A stretch of 64,000 nucleotides of DNA from positions 9,548,001 through 9,612,000 of the forward strand of contig CM022679.1 in the NCBI GenBank assembly GCA_012295275.1, read 5' to 3'. Every line of letters begins with the position of its first letter. Within the stretch, counting starts at the first letter, position 1. The notes beneath the pieces are model-generated. The model saw nothing but the letters and a program-made list of their open reading frames with translations. It did not search any database and was not told the origin of the DNA. The DNA is from Chrysomallon squamiferum. Its lineage: Eukaryota; Animalia; Mollusca. A program made the translations under genes and the position numbers. Of the stretch, positions 1 through 13,112 are shown one piece after another.

Positions 1-429
1 ACCAGTAATGATTACCAGCAAATCAAGGAACATGATGATCACTGAACCATGCAAACTCATTAAACAGGAAACAAAAACGAATGTTTAACAACTCATTTGA
101 TAGTTATTGATGTAACTCTGCTGCAGTAATTTCACAAAATTACTGTTTTCTTTAAGCTTATATGTCGTGCACTTTACTGAAGATTAGGCAATAAAAATAA
201 TAATAATCTGTTTACAAGATAATATTTGTTTATAATAACATCTAATAAACCAACCAACAAAGAAGGTTGCAATTATGATCATAAGTTGAAATTCTGCTAA
301 TATGTAAATTTCCATATCCGTAAGTGGAGAAAATAGAACTGTATTATGCATTATGGTTATCAAGAAATAGAATCAAACTATATTTCTAAATCTTTCCCAT
401 TATTAGCAAAGATTATTTATTTATATTAA

Positions 430-493
<64 letters not shown>

Positions 494-2899
494 CAGTATG
501 GGGGTATGGTTGTGACAGCAAAAAGGTAATGGTAACGCTAAAGAGATTCTGATCCATTGGTCTGTCATATCTCATACAATAACTCTAACTGAGATACAAC
601 CGTCTGAAAATATACAGTTTAAATATATTTAATGTAAACCACTGGTAAAGGTAGTAATTAAACCCATATACTGTGCCATCCCAGCAAAAGTAACATGAGC
701 ATTTGTACTCCTAACTCGATTCAAATAAATATTGACTTTCTTCAGGAGCAATGTATCAATGACACCTCAGACATCCAGTAGGTCGTAAATATGAAAACTA
801 CTGCAATAAACTACCCCCTTGAAAACTACACTAAACATAGTTTGTTTTCAAAACGTGCCACTCTGTGCTTAGTCTTTGGATGAATGTCACTTTGAAAACA
901 TTTGACTTGGTTGCATCATCATGTATTTTGTGTTCACTTTCCACTTTTGCATACATGCACACACACAGAGATAAAATAATACATACAGATATAAAGACAA
1001 ATATAACATTCTTTTCATTATTTTCAAACAGACAGCCTCTATTTGATTATTATTATTATTATTATTTGACTGAATATATGATTCTAGTTATATGCTGAAT
1101 ATACAGATATTTTAATTGGACAAATATGACATTGAATGACAGATACTGAATTTAAATTCAAATGTTGTTTTCTTTAATGAGCTTACTATGTCCATAATAA
1201 CAATCAATATGTCAAGTTGAAAGACATGAAACACATCAAACGTTTTTATGGATCACCCTTTTATCGATAAATAATAATTTTACAGTGAAGTTGTTACTTG
1301 CTGCTTTACCAAAACAAAAAGAAATTTAATTATAGATGTTAATATTTCATTTCTTTTTCTCATGGTTTTCAAATAATTCTGATATTTAAATTCAGCAATA
1401 AGTCTTACTTTCATAAAGAGCCAGATAGAAACCAACACACACACAAATGCATACCCTAAGTGTTTGTTATATACTAAATCTTTTTCAGTATTTTTATCTA
1501 GAAAGAAAACCAATATCAACAGAAAGTTTTGATCTTGAAATAAGACTGAAGTACTTATACAAAGTTCAAAGAAATCTGAAAGTATCAGATGATAACCTAA
1601 TGACAGAAAATCTAATAACAGATAATATACAATTGCTGAGCAGTGAACATCCTTTCTTATGAATGCTGTAAATTTTATTTATTTACAAAATGCTTTTCTT
1701 CATGTCAACGAAATCTTAATCAATCCATATTCAGGTGTAAATAACTGCTCAGTTATCTAACTTTAAAAACATAAATGTTGTAATAATTTTAACTCCAGTA
1801 ACAACTGTTTATTTTAGTTGTTTTATTATTTTGTCTGTGCACACATCTTCAGCCATGTATATACTGCTGTACAATAAATGCAAATAAATACAAAGATATT
1901 CAGACTATGCTAAAAATTCAAGGCCAGGCTAAAGCCATATTTACAGTTCAAAAAAAAAAAAAAAAAAAAACAGCTTGTTTGAAAAATTAAGTGTTTAAAC
2001 AGTATCAGAATGTCTTGCATTGTTCCCTTTTCACATCAGTAAAAATATGCAATACAAACCTCCCTCTAAGTCAAAATCACTTATTTCAAGTAATGTACAC
2101 AGTCTCACTGTTGACCATGACTTAGTATATGTCATTCATGGAAATGATTGTACTTGCTTCACAGTCACAAAATCTAGTGCATTGCGTCATACCATGGTAA
2201 TTATTTATTTAATACCCTTGTCAGTATGTTTACTGTGTCTATAAATATGTCTGAACTTTTGAATTTAGAACAAAACTGCATAGAAGAAATGTCCTTACAT
2301 AGTACATCAAGAAGAATCTTGTCATTTAAAACAGAGATTTTTCTGGTCGTTAATAAAAAAAATGCCAGCTAATAATTAAATTACTGTATCATATCAAAAT
2401 GAGGTAATCAGTAGTTACTACCCTCTGTATTAATGCTAATGTTCAGGCATACAAACAAGTTAAATTAATTTTGTATACTTCAAAAAAAAAAAAAAGGGCT
2501 TTTTGATGCAACCAACTCTATGTTAATAATAAAGTAAAATAAATAATAACAAACTCTTTATGATAATTAGAGGCTAAATCTTCCCTTTTTTTTGTCATTT
2601 TGTAAGCTGAAGTGTAAAGAAATTTTCTACAGAGAAGAATGCAACTATGCAATGATCTACTGGTAGTTTTTCTCAATTGTTCTGTCTTTCTCTGAATAAG
2701 GTGAAAAAAAAAAAGAAACTGCCATTCTCTAAGCCTCATCATGGGCTTTTTATTTTAACACAAATTTAAAAGAATGATTACGAGAAAGATATAAAAGAAT
2801 AATTTTTAAATATATAAAATGTTAAGCACACTACCTTAATTTAAAAGATTTGTTCTGTCTAGGTTATTAATCTGATTTTCTATTTTTTTAACATTGTAC

Positions 2900-3513
<614 letters not shown>

Positions 3514-3534
<21 letters not shown>

Positions 3535-3571
3535 GTTATTTCACAGAATTCTTTTAAGTCAGTCTTCTCTT
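3514..3571 (-). CDS. ZGRF1: ZGRF1 exon carrying the start codon (ATG at 3534; 3535-3571 is 5'UTR)
   Basis: Acceptor ctgtttcag, aacATGg Kozak context, 21 coding nt, donor gag|gtttgt, phase 0. Confidence 0.85.
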
Positions 3572-4063
3572 CTGAAACAGATGCAACAAGAATATATTAA
3601 TATTTCAGGTTTATTATTTTTTTCCCATGAGACAAAATCTAACAAAATACCTGAAAGTAGAGAACTTTTATTTTCCTATTATGTTCATTGTTATTTTTAT
3701 ATATCCTCCTCTCTTCATATCTATTCATACAGACATTTTAATATGGAGACAAAATGTTTTTACTATATGTACACAGGTATGAACAGACATATAATAGACA
3801 ATGTATGTAATTAACAATACCACATATATACACATTTATATTGGCTTTTTATTAATTCAAAATATGTATTTTATTTATTTATTCAGTTTTAATGTACTAA
3901 AAAATGTGTATGTATTAAATGCCAATCTTCCTAACATATCTGGTTTAACTATTAATTAACTGGAAAAATGTTTTTTAACAAGATTTGATTTTCTTACCCT
4001 GAACAAATTTTCAGGCTCTTAATTAAATTGTACCTGTAACTGAAAATATTCCTATAATTACCT

Positions 4064-4232
4064 ATTTATCAAAGATATGTGTAGGTGTAAAATATATATG
4101 CAATAAAACACTGCTATTTAAACCTTTGAAAAACTTGAAGTAATTTTATCCACTTATGATAAATATCCCTATAAACAACATTGTCTATTTTCATATCTGC
4201 CACTGACATTTTGGAAAGATATGAAAAGATAT
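4064..4232 (+). repeat. Direct repeat copy 1 (~170 bp), upstream of the GPCR
   Basis: atttatcaaagatatgtgtaggtgtaaaatat...ggaaagatatgaaaagatat, nearly identical to 6825-6996. Confidence 0.95.
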
Positions 4233-4514
4233 TATCTACAAGAGATTAAAATAACTACTACTAACTAAATTAATAAATCTGTGCCCAAAATGGTGACAAA
4301 AAAAAAAAACAACAAATAATAACTGGCTGTTCAGTTCAAACATTGCCATTATAAATTATGACAGCAAGTTAAAAATAGCAAAAACCCTTCATCGGTTATA
4401 ATATGTACAATAAAGTTCACTTCTACGCAGTGTATTTCAGATAACAGGACAGCCAACATCTTACAATCTATTTTTGACAGGCATTCAGTTACTTCACATC
4501 TAGGATGGAGAGAA

Positions 4515-5681
4515 ATGGGTAGACGACATGAATACGCCTATTCGCAGCTGACGACAGAAAAGACTGTAGTAATTGTTTTTATATCAGTACTGAACGTCTT
4601 CATGCTGATTGGGAACACAATATCAATTGTCACCATTGTCAAAACTCCCACTCTGCGGAATCAGAGCTACTACTGGTTTGTTCTCAACCTGGCCATTGTC
4701 GACCTGCTCAATTCACTGACTGTGGTGCCAATACACACTGTCTGGGACATTCATGGAAAGTGGCCATTCGATCAGCTCTTCTGTAACATTCATATATTTT
4801 TAGACATTGCTTTCAGTGCTATAGCAGGTTACTCCACAGTTCTTGTATCATTAGACAAATTTATTGGCATTACAAAACCATTTCTCCACCATCACAACAA
4901 TACTTCAGTGGTAGCCATTGCCTCTATTGCAGCAGTTTGGGTCTTTTGGCTAACGTTTTCTGCCGTTTCTGTATTTGCTGGAATTGCAAGGGATTCTAAT
5001 TTAGATAGAAACCTAACTTTCATTTTGGATCCTTGCAATTTTATAATGACTGACACATATGCAATTTCCAGTGCTGTCGTTTCATTTTTCATTCCACTGA
5101 TTATCATAGTGTTCACAAGTGTCCAAATTATATGTATTGCAAGAAGACACATTTGTCGAATAGCTGCAAGCAAACTTCCTTCAAGTTATGTCGACACTTC
5201 TTCAGGAATTGACAGAATAAACCCTCAGAAAGGAACAGACGAGAGTCCTCTAAGCATGATGTCTACGAGCAAAATGCAACAGATAGCAACAACATCACAA
5301 ATGGAAGGCAATCAGACATCAGTAACAACAGAAATCAATTCTACAAAAAGACCTTCGAAAGGTTTTAAACCGGTGAGAAGATCTTTTCAAGTGTGTCGTG
5401 CTTTTGGAACTGTTATGATTGTGACAATTTTCTTCATCATCATGTTTGCGCCTTACTGGTTTGCAGCAGTGATAGATGTAGGCTGCAAGTGCATTCCGCC
5501 TTCTGTGTTTGAGGACTACTTGATTGTTTTTTACTATATGCATTCTTTGGTGAATCCGTACATATACATGGCCACAGACAGACGATATAAAGCAGCCATT
5601 GCAAAGTTGTATAAACAATACTTCAAAAATAACAAAGTTCATGTTGCAAAAAGATCCAGTTTGAGTAAAGACAAAATGTAA
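4515..5681 (+). CDS. Intronless rhodopsin-family (class A) GPCR, biogenic-amine-receptor-like, atypical motifs
   Basis: 388-aa ORF with 7 hydrophobic segments: GN (TM1), NLAIVD (TM2), WPF..C (ECL1/C3.25), D3.32 (FLDI), DKF in place of DRY, W4.50, FFIP (TM5), MFAP (TM6), NPYIY (TM7). A possible acceptor tttttgacag at 4480 could add an upstream exon. Confidence 0.95.
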   Translation: MGRRHEYAYSQLTTEKTVVIVFISVLNVFMLIGNTISIVTIVKTPTLRNQSYYWFVLNLAIVDLLNSLTVVPIHTVWDIHGKWPFDQLFCNIHIFLDIAFSAIAGYSTVLVSLDKFIGITKPFLHHHNNTSVVAIASIAAVWVFWLTFSAVSVFAGIARDSNLDRNLTFILDPCNFIMTDTYAISSAVVSFFIPLIIIVFTSVQIICIARRHICRIAASKLPSSYVDTSSGIDRINPQKGTDESPLSMMSTSKMQQIATTSQMEGNQTSVTTEINSTKRPSKGFKPVRRSFQVCRAFGTVMIVTIFFIIMFAPYWFAAVIDVGCKCIPPSVFEDYLIVFYYMHSLVNPYIYMATDRRYKAAIAKLYKQYFKNNKVHVAKRSSLSKDKM

Positions 5682-6824
5682 CACAGATACAGTTGTTTGT
5701 TTTAAACTTATTATTTTTTGGTGTGATACATTTTGTTTGATATTTATATTATATATATATATATATAAAAAAAAATTATGTTTGTATTTAAAATTATGTA
5801 CTTCTTTTTCAGGAGCCAGCTGATTTAAATCACAGCTTAAATCAAATTACTGTTTTTGTATTTATTTAAAAATGGTTTTAAAAAAATGATCTTATATATT
5901 GTTTTTTTTACTAATTTTATTTTTATTTAAGGAACACTTCGTATATAAAACCAGTGGATTCCAAAACAGTTATGTATGTAAGTGTAAGTGTAAAATGTAT
6001 TTAACATTTTCAAACACCACTTTTTAATATTGACTGATTTAACTAACTTAAAAAATAAAAAATAAAAATAAATGTTAAACATCACTAAATTAAAACAGTG
6101 ACTTCCTCTTAAAATGTGGGCTGGTAATCATACTCAGGTTTCATATTTATCTTCAAATTTAAGAACTATTTTGTGGAATATTTTGATGTTTTATATTCCA
6201 ATGAGAATGACATTTTAACCTTAGTAAAATTTCTATATTTATATATATAGTTGTAAGAGTTTGAGACTGTATATCCTGATGATTTCCTCCGAGTGGACAA
6301 ACACTTATGAAACTGAGCAGTTTTTCCATTGTCTAAACATTTTGAATATAGTTATCTTCATTATCTTTCACTGAGTATGAACTATTTTGTCTGGAGATAA
6401 ATAAAGAACATATGACTATTGACTATGAATAGAAAATAATATTTGAAGCATTTATATCATATTTAATGGACAAACATATTTAAACTGTTGTTGAATCTTA
6501 CAACAAACATAAAAAATTAATTTAGAGCAACATAATTATTTTAATTACCTTCAAGGAAATTACAAAATCAAATTGTTCATTTAGTTCAACAATTCTCAAC
6601 CTAGACATTAGAAAAGCTAAAAACATGACCTAACAAAATCAAAATCTCTCAAAATAATTTTTTATTCTCTCTAACTTTTTTCTTTTCCTTATCAGTGACT
6701 TTAAAAAAACATTTTGTAAGAATGATTAATAATCAACTTTACTATTTTCCTAACTAATGAGTCAGTACATAAACATTTCAACAATAATTAGAGAAACAGA
6801 ACTTTTGAGGGTAGACAAATACTA

Positions 6825-6996
6825 ATTTATCAAAGATATGTGTAGGTGTAAAATATATATGCAATAAAACACTGCTATTTAAACCTTTGAAAAACTTGAA
6901 ATAATTTTATCCACTTATGATAAATATCCCTATAAAAAAAAAAACTGTCTATTTTCATATCTGCCATTGACAGTTTGGAAAGATATGAAAAGATAT
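6825..6996 (+). repeat. Direct repeat copy 2 (~170 bp), downstream of the GPCR
   Basis: Same sequence as 4064-4232 with a few substitutions and an expanded A-run. Confidence 0.95.
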
Positions 6997-7749
6997 CTGT
7001 ACACTTGGACAATCAAGGGAAATAAAACAACATATTATTTTTACAAAAATATAATTTTAAAAAATAATAAGAAAAGAAGACAGAAAGAAAAGAAAGAAAT
7101 GATAAAAATATATAAATAAAATAAAAACATTAAAATAATAATAATAATTAATAACAGATTTCTTGTCTTCCTTTCTTTCTTCTTTCTTTTTTATTATTGT
7201 TATTTTTATTAATTACTGTTATTATTTTAAATAAATTTAAATATGTGTACTATACACTTTATTATGTTGTGGTATACTAAGTAAATAATATAATATATAT
7301 GATATTCTTTAGGGAAATTTAAAAGTACAAAAATACATTACATGAAGCATTGAAAATATTTAATCCAGATATATTGCCACATTTGCATCTCTTTTGTTTT
7401 GCTGATAAAGGTACATGTATGTATGTATGCACATTTCATAAATATCGGATTCAGTATTAATTATTTATTTATTTATTTTTATTTTTATTTTTATTTTTAT
7501 TTTTATTTTTATTTTTATTTTTATTTTTATTATTTTACTGTTACTGTATATTTAACAAAACTGTTAATAACATAATGATACTTATAATGAAAACAAAAGC
7601 TATTTGTGCAGTGTCTTAATCAGAAATGGTGATTTCCATAACTCAAAACTTGTTTCCAGTTATCCATGTTGGACTGTAATCAAACCAAAACAAAATAAAA
7701 GATTGAGTTCCTAATCTTCTGCCTCCTTTTCTTTTTATATTAAACAAAA

Positions 7750-8000
7750 CATAGCCGTTTAAAAAATTTAAATTTGTGAATTAAATCGTTGATTTAAAGC
7801 ATTCCATAACTGTACTTACAAGTATACAAATCTCCCGCCATTCATTTTTGTTATGAATTTAGTGCGACCATTTCTACTCAATTAAGGGGCATAACTCTAT
7901 CAAAATCAAAATGACAGCAGCTCGTTTTAACACATGGAAATAGTTTCGAAACTTCAGTGGAATAGAAACAACACGATGAAGTCTTTTATTGTTGAACAAA
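7750..8000. promoter_or_regulatory. Bidirectional CpG-enriched promoter shared by ZGRF1 (-) and the membrane protein gene (+)
   Basis: Minus-strand donor at 7819 and plus-strand ATG at 7976 are ~155 bp apart; local cluster of CpGs (about 7750-8550) in an otherwise CpG-depleted domain. Confidence 0.7.
7820..7870 (-). other. ZGRF1: Probable non-coding first exon of ZGRF1 (5' boundary approximate)
   Basis: Consensus donor ctt|gtaagt at 7819-7814 on the minus strand, within a CpG-rich patch; its ATGs form only short uORFs. Confidence 0.6.
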
Positions 8001-8048
8001 TCTGTTATGTGCTGATCCTGTTACTGTTAATACCAAAGTGTACACAAT
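7976..8048 (+). CDS. Membrane protein exon 1 (signal peptide)
   Basis: acgATGaag start, hydrophobic core VLILLLLIP, donor aat|gtaagt, phase 1. Confidence 0.85.
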
Positions 8049-10125
8049 GTAAGTAATATGTAACAAAACGTACTGACCTACTATGACAAAATGTAATATA
8101 TAGTAAGATACTGATAATCAAACAATTATGGTTAAATTTAGGGAGTTGCAATCGCAGTAATAGTTTTGTCCTACTTATAAACATTATTAACGAATGAAAC
8201 TAGTATTTTTATTTGACCGAGCAAAATATGGTGATAAAAAAGAAATAAAATAAGGAAAAAATAAAATAATGTAAAAGTTAAAATTTGTTGTACTGAGAAT
8301 GCAGTGTCAATTATGATGATTGTTAACTAATACATCATTACATGTCCCGAAGGCACCAACATTCGTGATATTTTCGAGAAATGTCACCTATATATTCTCA
8401 TTTTTACCAAACGTTTAATTTGAAAATATAATATAGTATTTTAGTGAACTGTCAATAGAAATCAAGAAATTAAATCAGTTTACAAACTGATTTAAATTTT
8501 TTTTTAAATTAACAAAATTTAAATGCATGCCCCTTTTCAGCGTCTCTTCATACTAACTGATAGACTTGAAATATATCATATTACAAATTAATGCATGGAA
8601 TGTGGAAGTCAGTCAGTCAAGAGATACAGAAAACCTTGCCAAAAAATAGTTTCAGTAATCAAACATCACTTGGTTAACTTTAACATGTAACAGGAAAGTA
8701 ACAAAATGTATATTGGTATGTATTGAATTTGTATATAATCTGATGCTCACTTGCCTTTAGACATAAAAACAAGTTTTATCTTATTTTTCTCATTGCCCCT
8801 CCTGCTGTTGTTTCTAAATCCTTTTGTCTGTCAACAACATAGTATTCACACATTAGATTTTTGTTTAAAACTATTTAGATAAAAATGTCAAGGGCCTTTG
8901 ACTACCCAAACTTTAGAATAGTAAGGTTACAGAGAATGTGTATGTATATACATATACGTGTGTTTGTGTTTGTGTTTGTGTGTATGTGTGTGTATATTAT
9001 ATATATATATATATATATATCATTATTATTTTGTTTATCTTTAAAGTAGTTTTATATACATACAGATATACTCAATATACATAAGAACATGATTGTTTTG
9101 TTGTTTTGTCAGTTTAGAGAAACATGACATTCATAATGTCTGTTATGGGTCATAGATTTTTACTGAATATTAATAAGAAATTTAAAAAAAACACTTAAAT
9201 TCAAAGAACCCAAATGGTGTGCCACATAGTATTATTTAAGTATATAATGTTACATTTTTATTTGTTTTTTAAAAATTTGCAAATAAATAACCAAAAAGTA
9301 TTAGACAGAGGGAGCATTTGTACACAGCCAAATTTAAAAGTGGAAATACTATGATGAATACACAGGACATTTTATCAGAGGAAATGCCATTTGTCATATA
9401 TGTGTATGTGAGTGTGAGGGACTTGGCAAAACAATAATAAATAATCTAATAAAAAGTATTACTCATAATACTGCACTTTAAATTTGTTTCTTTCTTTATT
9501 TTTATGATTTTACATGAAAGCAAAAAGAAAATTACACTTTATTATAAAGATTATATTTTATTATAAATTTTAATAGTCAGTTTTATATTTAATGCATTTT
9601 TGGCTTGCTTATTATTGTTATTTAAAAAGTAAATATAATAATTAAATGAAAATAAAATAATAAATATGTAAATACATAATTATTAACACATATTTTTGAA
9701 ATTATAGGTTTACACATTTTTTATAATTTGTTGTTTGTTATTGTGAAAAGTGTATAAAAATTTCACATTTCTCTTGGTATATAACAATATTATTACTGCA
9801 TGGTGAAAAAGAACCCCCAAACAAACAACAGTCTTTGTTTTAAGCTAACTGTAGAGCATAATGAAAAGTATTTTCCAAAAAGAAGAAAAAAAAAATGGTG
9901 TTGCTTGTTCTGTAATGGAAACCAGTTTCTTTGGCTGACTTCCGTATTTCAAGTATTATGTATTGCATTCTTCTAATTTTAGAGGTAGCTAAAAAAACAA
10001 AAAAAACCCCCACTAAAAGTGTTAAAAAGCCCACTGTAAACATAAGATAATGCAGGAATTGCAACTGCATTGATCCAGTCTGACAGTGGAAACTATCAGA
10101 TAGCTTGAAATTTCGTTATAACACA

Positions 10126-10161
<36 letters not shown>

Positions 10162-11951
10162 TACAAAAACTGAAAGTACATGCCTAGGTATTGTGACTTT
10201 TTAATAATAAATGCAAAATGTCTGCAAATAATTAAAAAAGAAAAGAGAAATGTAAACATACACAAATACTAATATGAATTCATAAGAGTGAATGTGTGTG
10301 TGTGCACAATTAGCTTTGTTGAAGCATTCTATTAATTTTTCAGTATAATTTTAACCATTATCTTTAATAATAAACAGCTAATATCAATTTTTCTTTCATT
10401 ATTCTAGCATATCCTACAGATAATCTTTTGTTTGGTGCCAAGGATGAAGATTTGCACTTGGAGAATGTAAATGAAGGACTTGGACATGATGAAACAATAA
10501 CTCATCAGGTACAAGTGGATCATCCCCCAGCACCTGTAAGTAATGGTGGACAAAGCTCGGAAAATGATGGAGACCGTTATTCACTTCCACATCTTCCAAA
10601 ACTTGTGCTGGAACCAAGTGATACAAAACTCGAACCAGCATTGCCTGATTCCAGTAACAGATCAGAAAATCTTGCAGAGGTACAACTTAGCATTTCTGAA
10701 ACAAACAAAGCTGAAGATAAACAGACTTATGATGGCAGTAAAGATTCCATCCATTTTCCAGCAGTTTCAGACAACACAGAAACAAATCAGGCAGCTCAAA
10801 CTGGAAATGTAGATGAAAAACATTTTGTTTTACCACCACTCAGAGATGATGATGATGTCATAAAGCCAGAAAACAATGATGAATATGCAGATGTTCATCA
10901 TCCTAGTAATCTACAATCTAAACCTGATCAGGAATCTGATAACGTTACTCCAGATGTTTCACAGAATCAACCACAACAACATTTTCAGGAAAGCATACCC
11001 AAATTGCCTCCAGTGCAAAATGTTGATGACACAGGATCAAATCAGGCAGCTGGAACTGGAAATGTAGATGAAAAACATTTTGTTTTACCACCACTCAGAG
11101 ATGATGATGATGTCATAAAGCCAGAAAACAACGGTGAATATGCAGATATTCATCCTAGTAATCTCCAGTCTAATCCTAATCAGGAATCTGATAAAGTTAT
11201 TCCAGATGTTTCACAGAATCAACCACAACAACATCTTCAGGAAAGCATACCAAAATTGCCTCCAGTGCAAAATGTTGATTACTCCCACCTGAATGTAGCA
11301 AATAAAACAGATGTTAGGCAGAATCTTAATGAGGGAAATGTTATTAGTAATACTGGAGGTGAATATTCCATTGACAGGAAGAATGATGATGATATTCATC
11401 CAAATTATGATCATCAGATAAATAATTATGTTGGTCAAAATAATGTTAACAATAATCTAAATGATAATAATCGTGTGAATATTAACAGTAAACTGAATTA
11501 TTATGATCATCTGAATGATAATGCTCATCAGGATGATAACAGTCATCTGAATAATAATTATCATCAGAATAATAATGATCATCTAAATAATAATGATCAT
11601 CTAAATAGTAATGATGATTATAATTTGATTGAAAATAACCAACAAAATGATAATAACCAGAATGACAACGATCACTTGAAGGACATTCAAGGTTACAACG
11701 ATGCTGGAAATTTAGGACAGGATGTTGCTGATGCAAACTATGATCTGCCAGCTGTTAACAATGATGACACCAGCCTTGATGAGAAGATTAATAACATGGG
11801 TAATATTATTTATTTATTATTTATTTATTTTATTATTATTTGTTTTTAAATTTATTATTATTTTTTTAATACACAAAAGGAATAATCTGTAACCAAATAT
11901 AGATGTTTGGCTGCTTTTGTACTTTTCTCTGGATGATTATTTGTGTGTATT

Positions 11952-11993
<42 letters not shown>

Positions 11994-13056
11994 TATAGCT
12001 AGTATATTTTAATTTTTGATGAATTGTTTCAGTAGGTGCATAATTTACTTAGAAACTTTCTTCTAGAAAATATATGGTGAGTCTTTGGTAACACAAAGAG
12101 CCTAAAGGTGTTTGCATACTTCCAGTTATCATTTTGTTAGCTAGTCTTAGATAATAACAGAAAAATAATACAGTTACAAAATGTCCTTCAAGGTCTCAAG
12201 GACTTGCATTAGCTCTACAGTTTTCTTCTACTGTTTTATGTTCCTTCAAATGTTTCATTAAAACTAGTTTAAAGTTTATAAGTACAAGCCTTTTTTTTTT
12301 TCATGCTAAAGGTTGAAACTTTTTTTTATATAACTAGATATATACTTTAAATGCATACCAAAATATAATGTTGGGATTACGTTTATCAAAACTGATTTTA
12401 ATTATAACTAAGATTCTAGCTTTACATTATAATGATTATTAAAATATTTTTGTTAATTTTATTTATTTATTGTTTTATTTATTTATTTATTTATTTATTT
12501 GTTTGTTTATGTTTAATATGTATATTTACAGTTTCTGTTATTTATTTATTATTTTATTCTATTTACTATGCTTGATTCAAAATGTGAAAGTGATGTGATA
12601 AATTAATGAAGATTAGGGAAAACAACCCACATAGATTTAAGATTTATTAAAATATATACAGTACTAGGTTACAAAAATAATTTTCTTTATTTAAATTTAT
12701 TCCATTGATTATAATCTTATCATCACATAGCACAGACATTTTATGCTCTCTCACCTTGCATTATACTGTTTATAAAAAGAATACTAGTTTTTGGCAGCAA
12801 AAACTGTGTATCAGAATGCACAGAGAAGAACAGATGAAAAAATAAAACAAGGAATCAGACAAGACTTTAAAGTGTTGAACCACATTTTAAAAAATGTTTT
12901 GTAACATGTCTGTTACTGTGTATGATGTTGTTATTTAATATCAGAAACCAAATATGTGCATTGAGACTTTTAATAAGAATGAAAGTTTAGGTGGACATAC
13001 TTCATATAATATTTAATCATAAGAAATATTGGTGGTTTCTTCATAGGTGGGTAGGG

Positions 13057-13112
<56 letters not shown>

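Noticed and set aside
1-2760. Coding-like sequence in the ZGRF1 intron (ORFs 1280-1519, 1447-1662, 2020-2244, 2518-2742) and a search for the next ZGRF1 exon
   Set aside because: Frequent stops and no recognisable motif; no exon resembling the expected AxLxDDKG segment was found, so it probably lies outside the window. A decayed element cannot be excluded without BLASTX.
4064-6996. LTR retrotransposon interpretation of the direct repeats
   Set aside because: No TG...CA ends, PBS, PPT, TSD or gag/pol remnants seen.
7820-7845. ATG GCG GGA GAT TTG TAT ACT as the ZGRF1 start
   Set aside because: 22 nt to the donor gives the wrong phase and a stop on splicing; MAAKEFE at 3534 fits both phase and homology.
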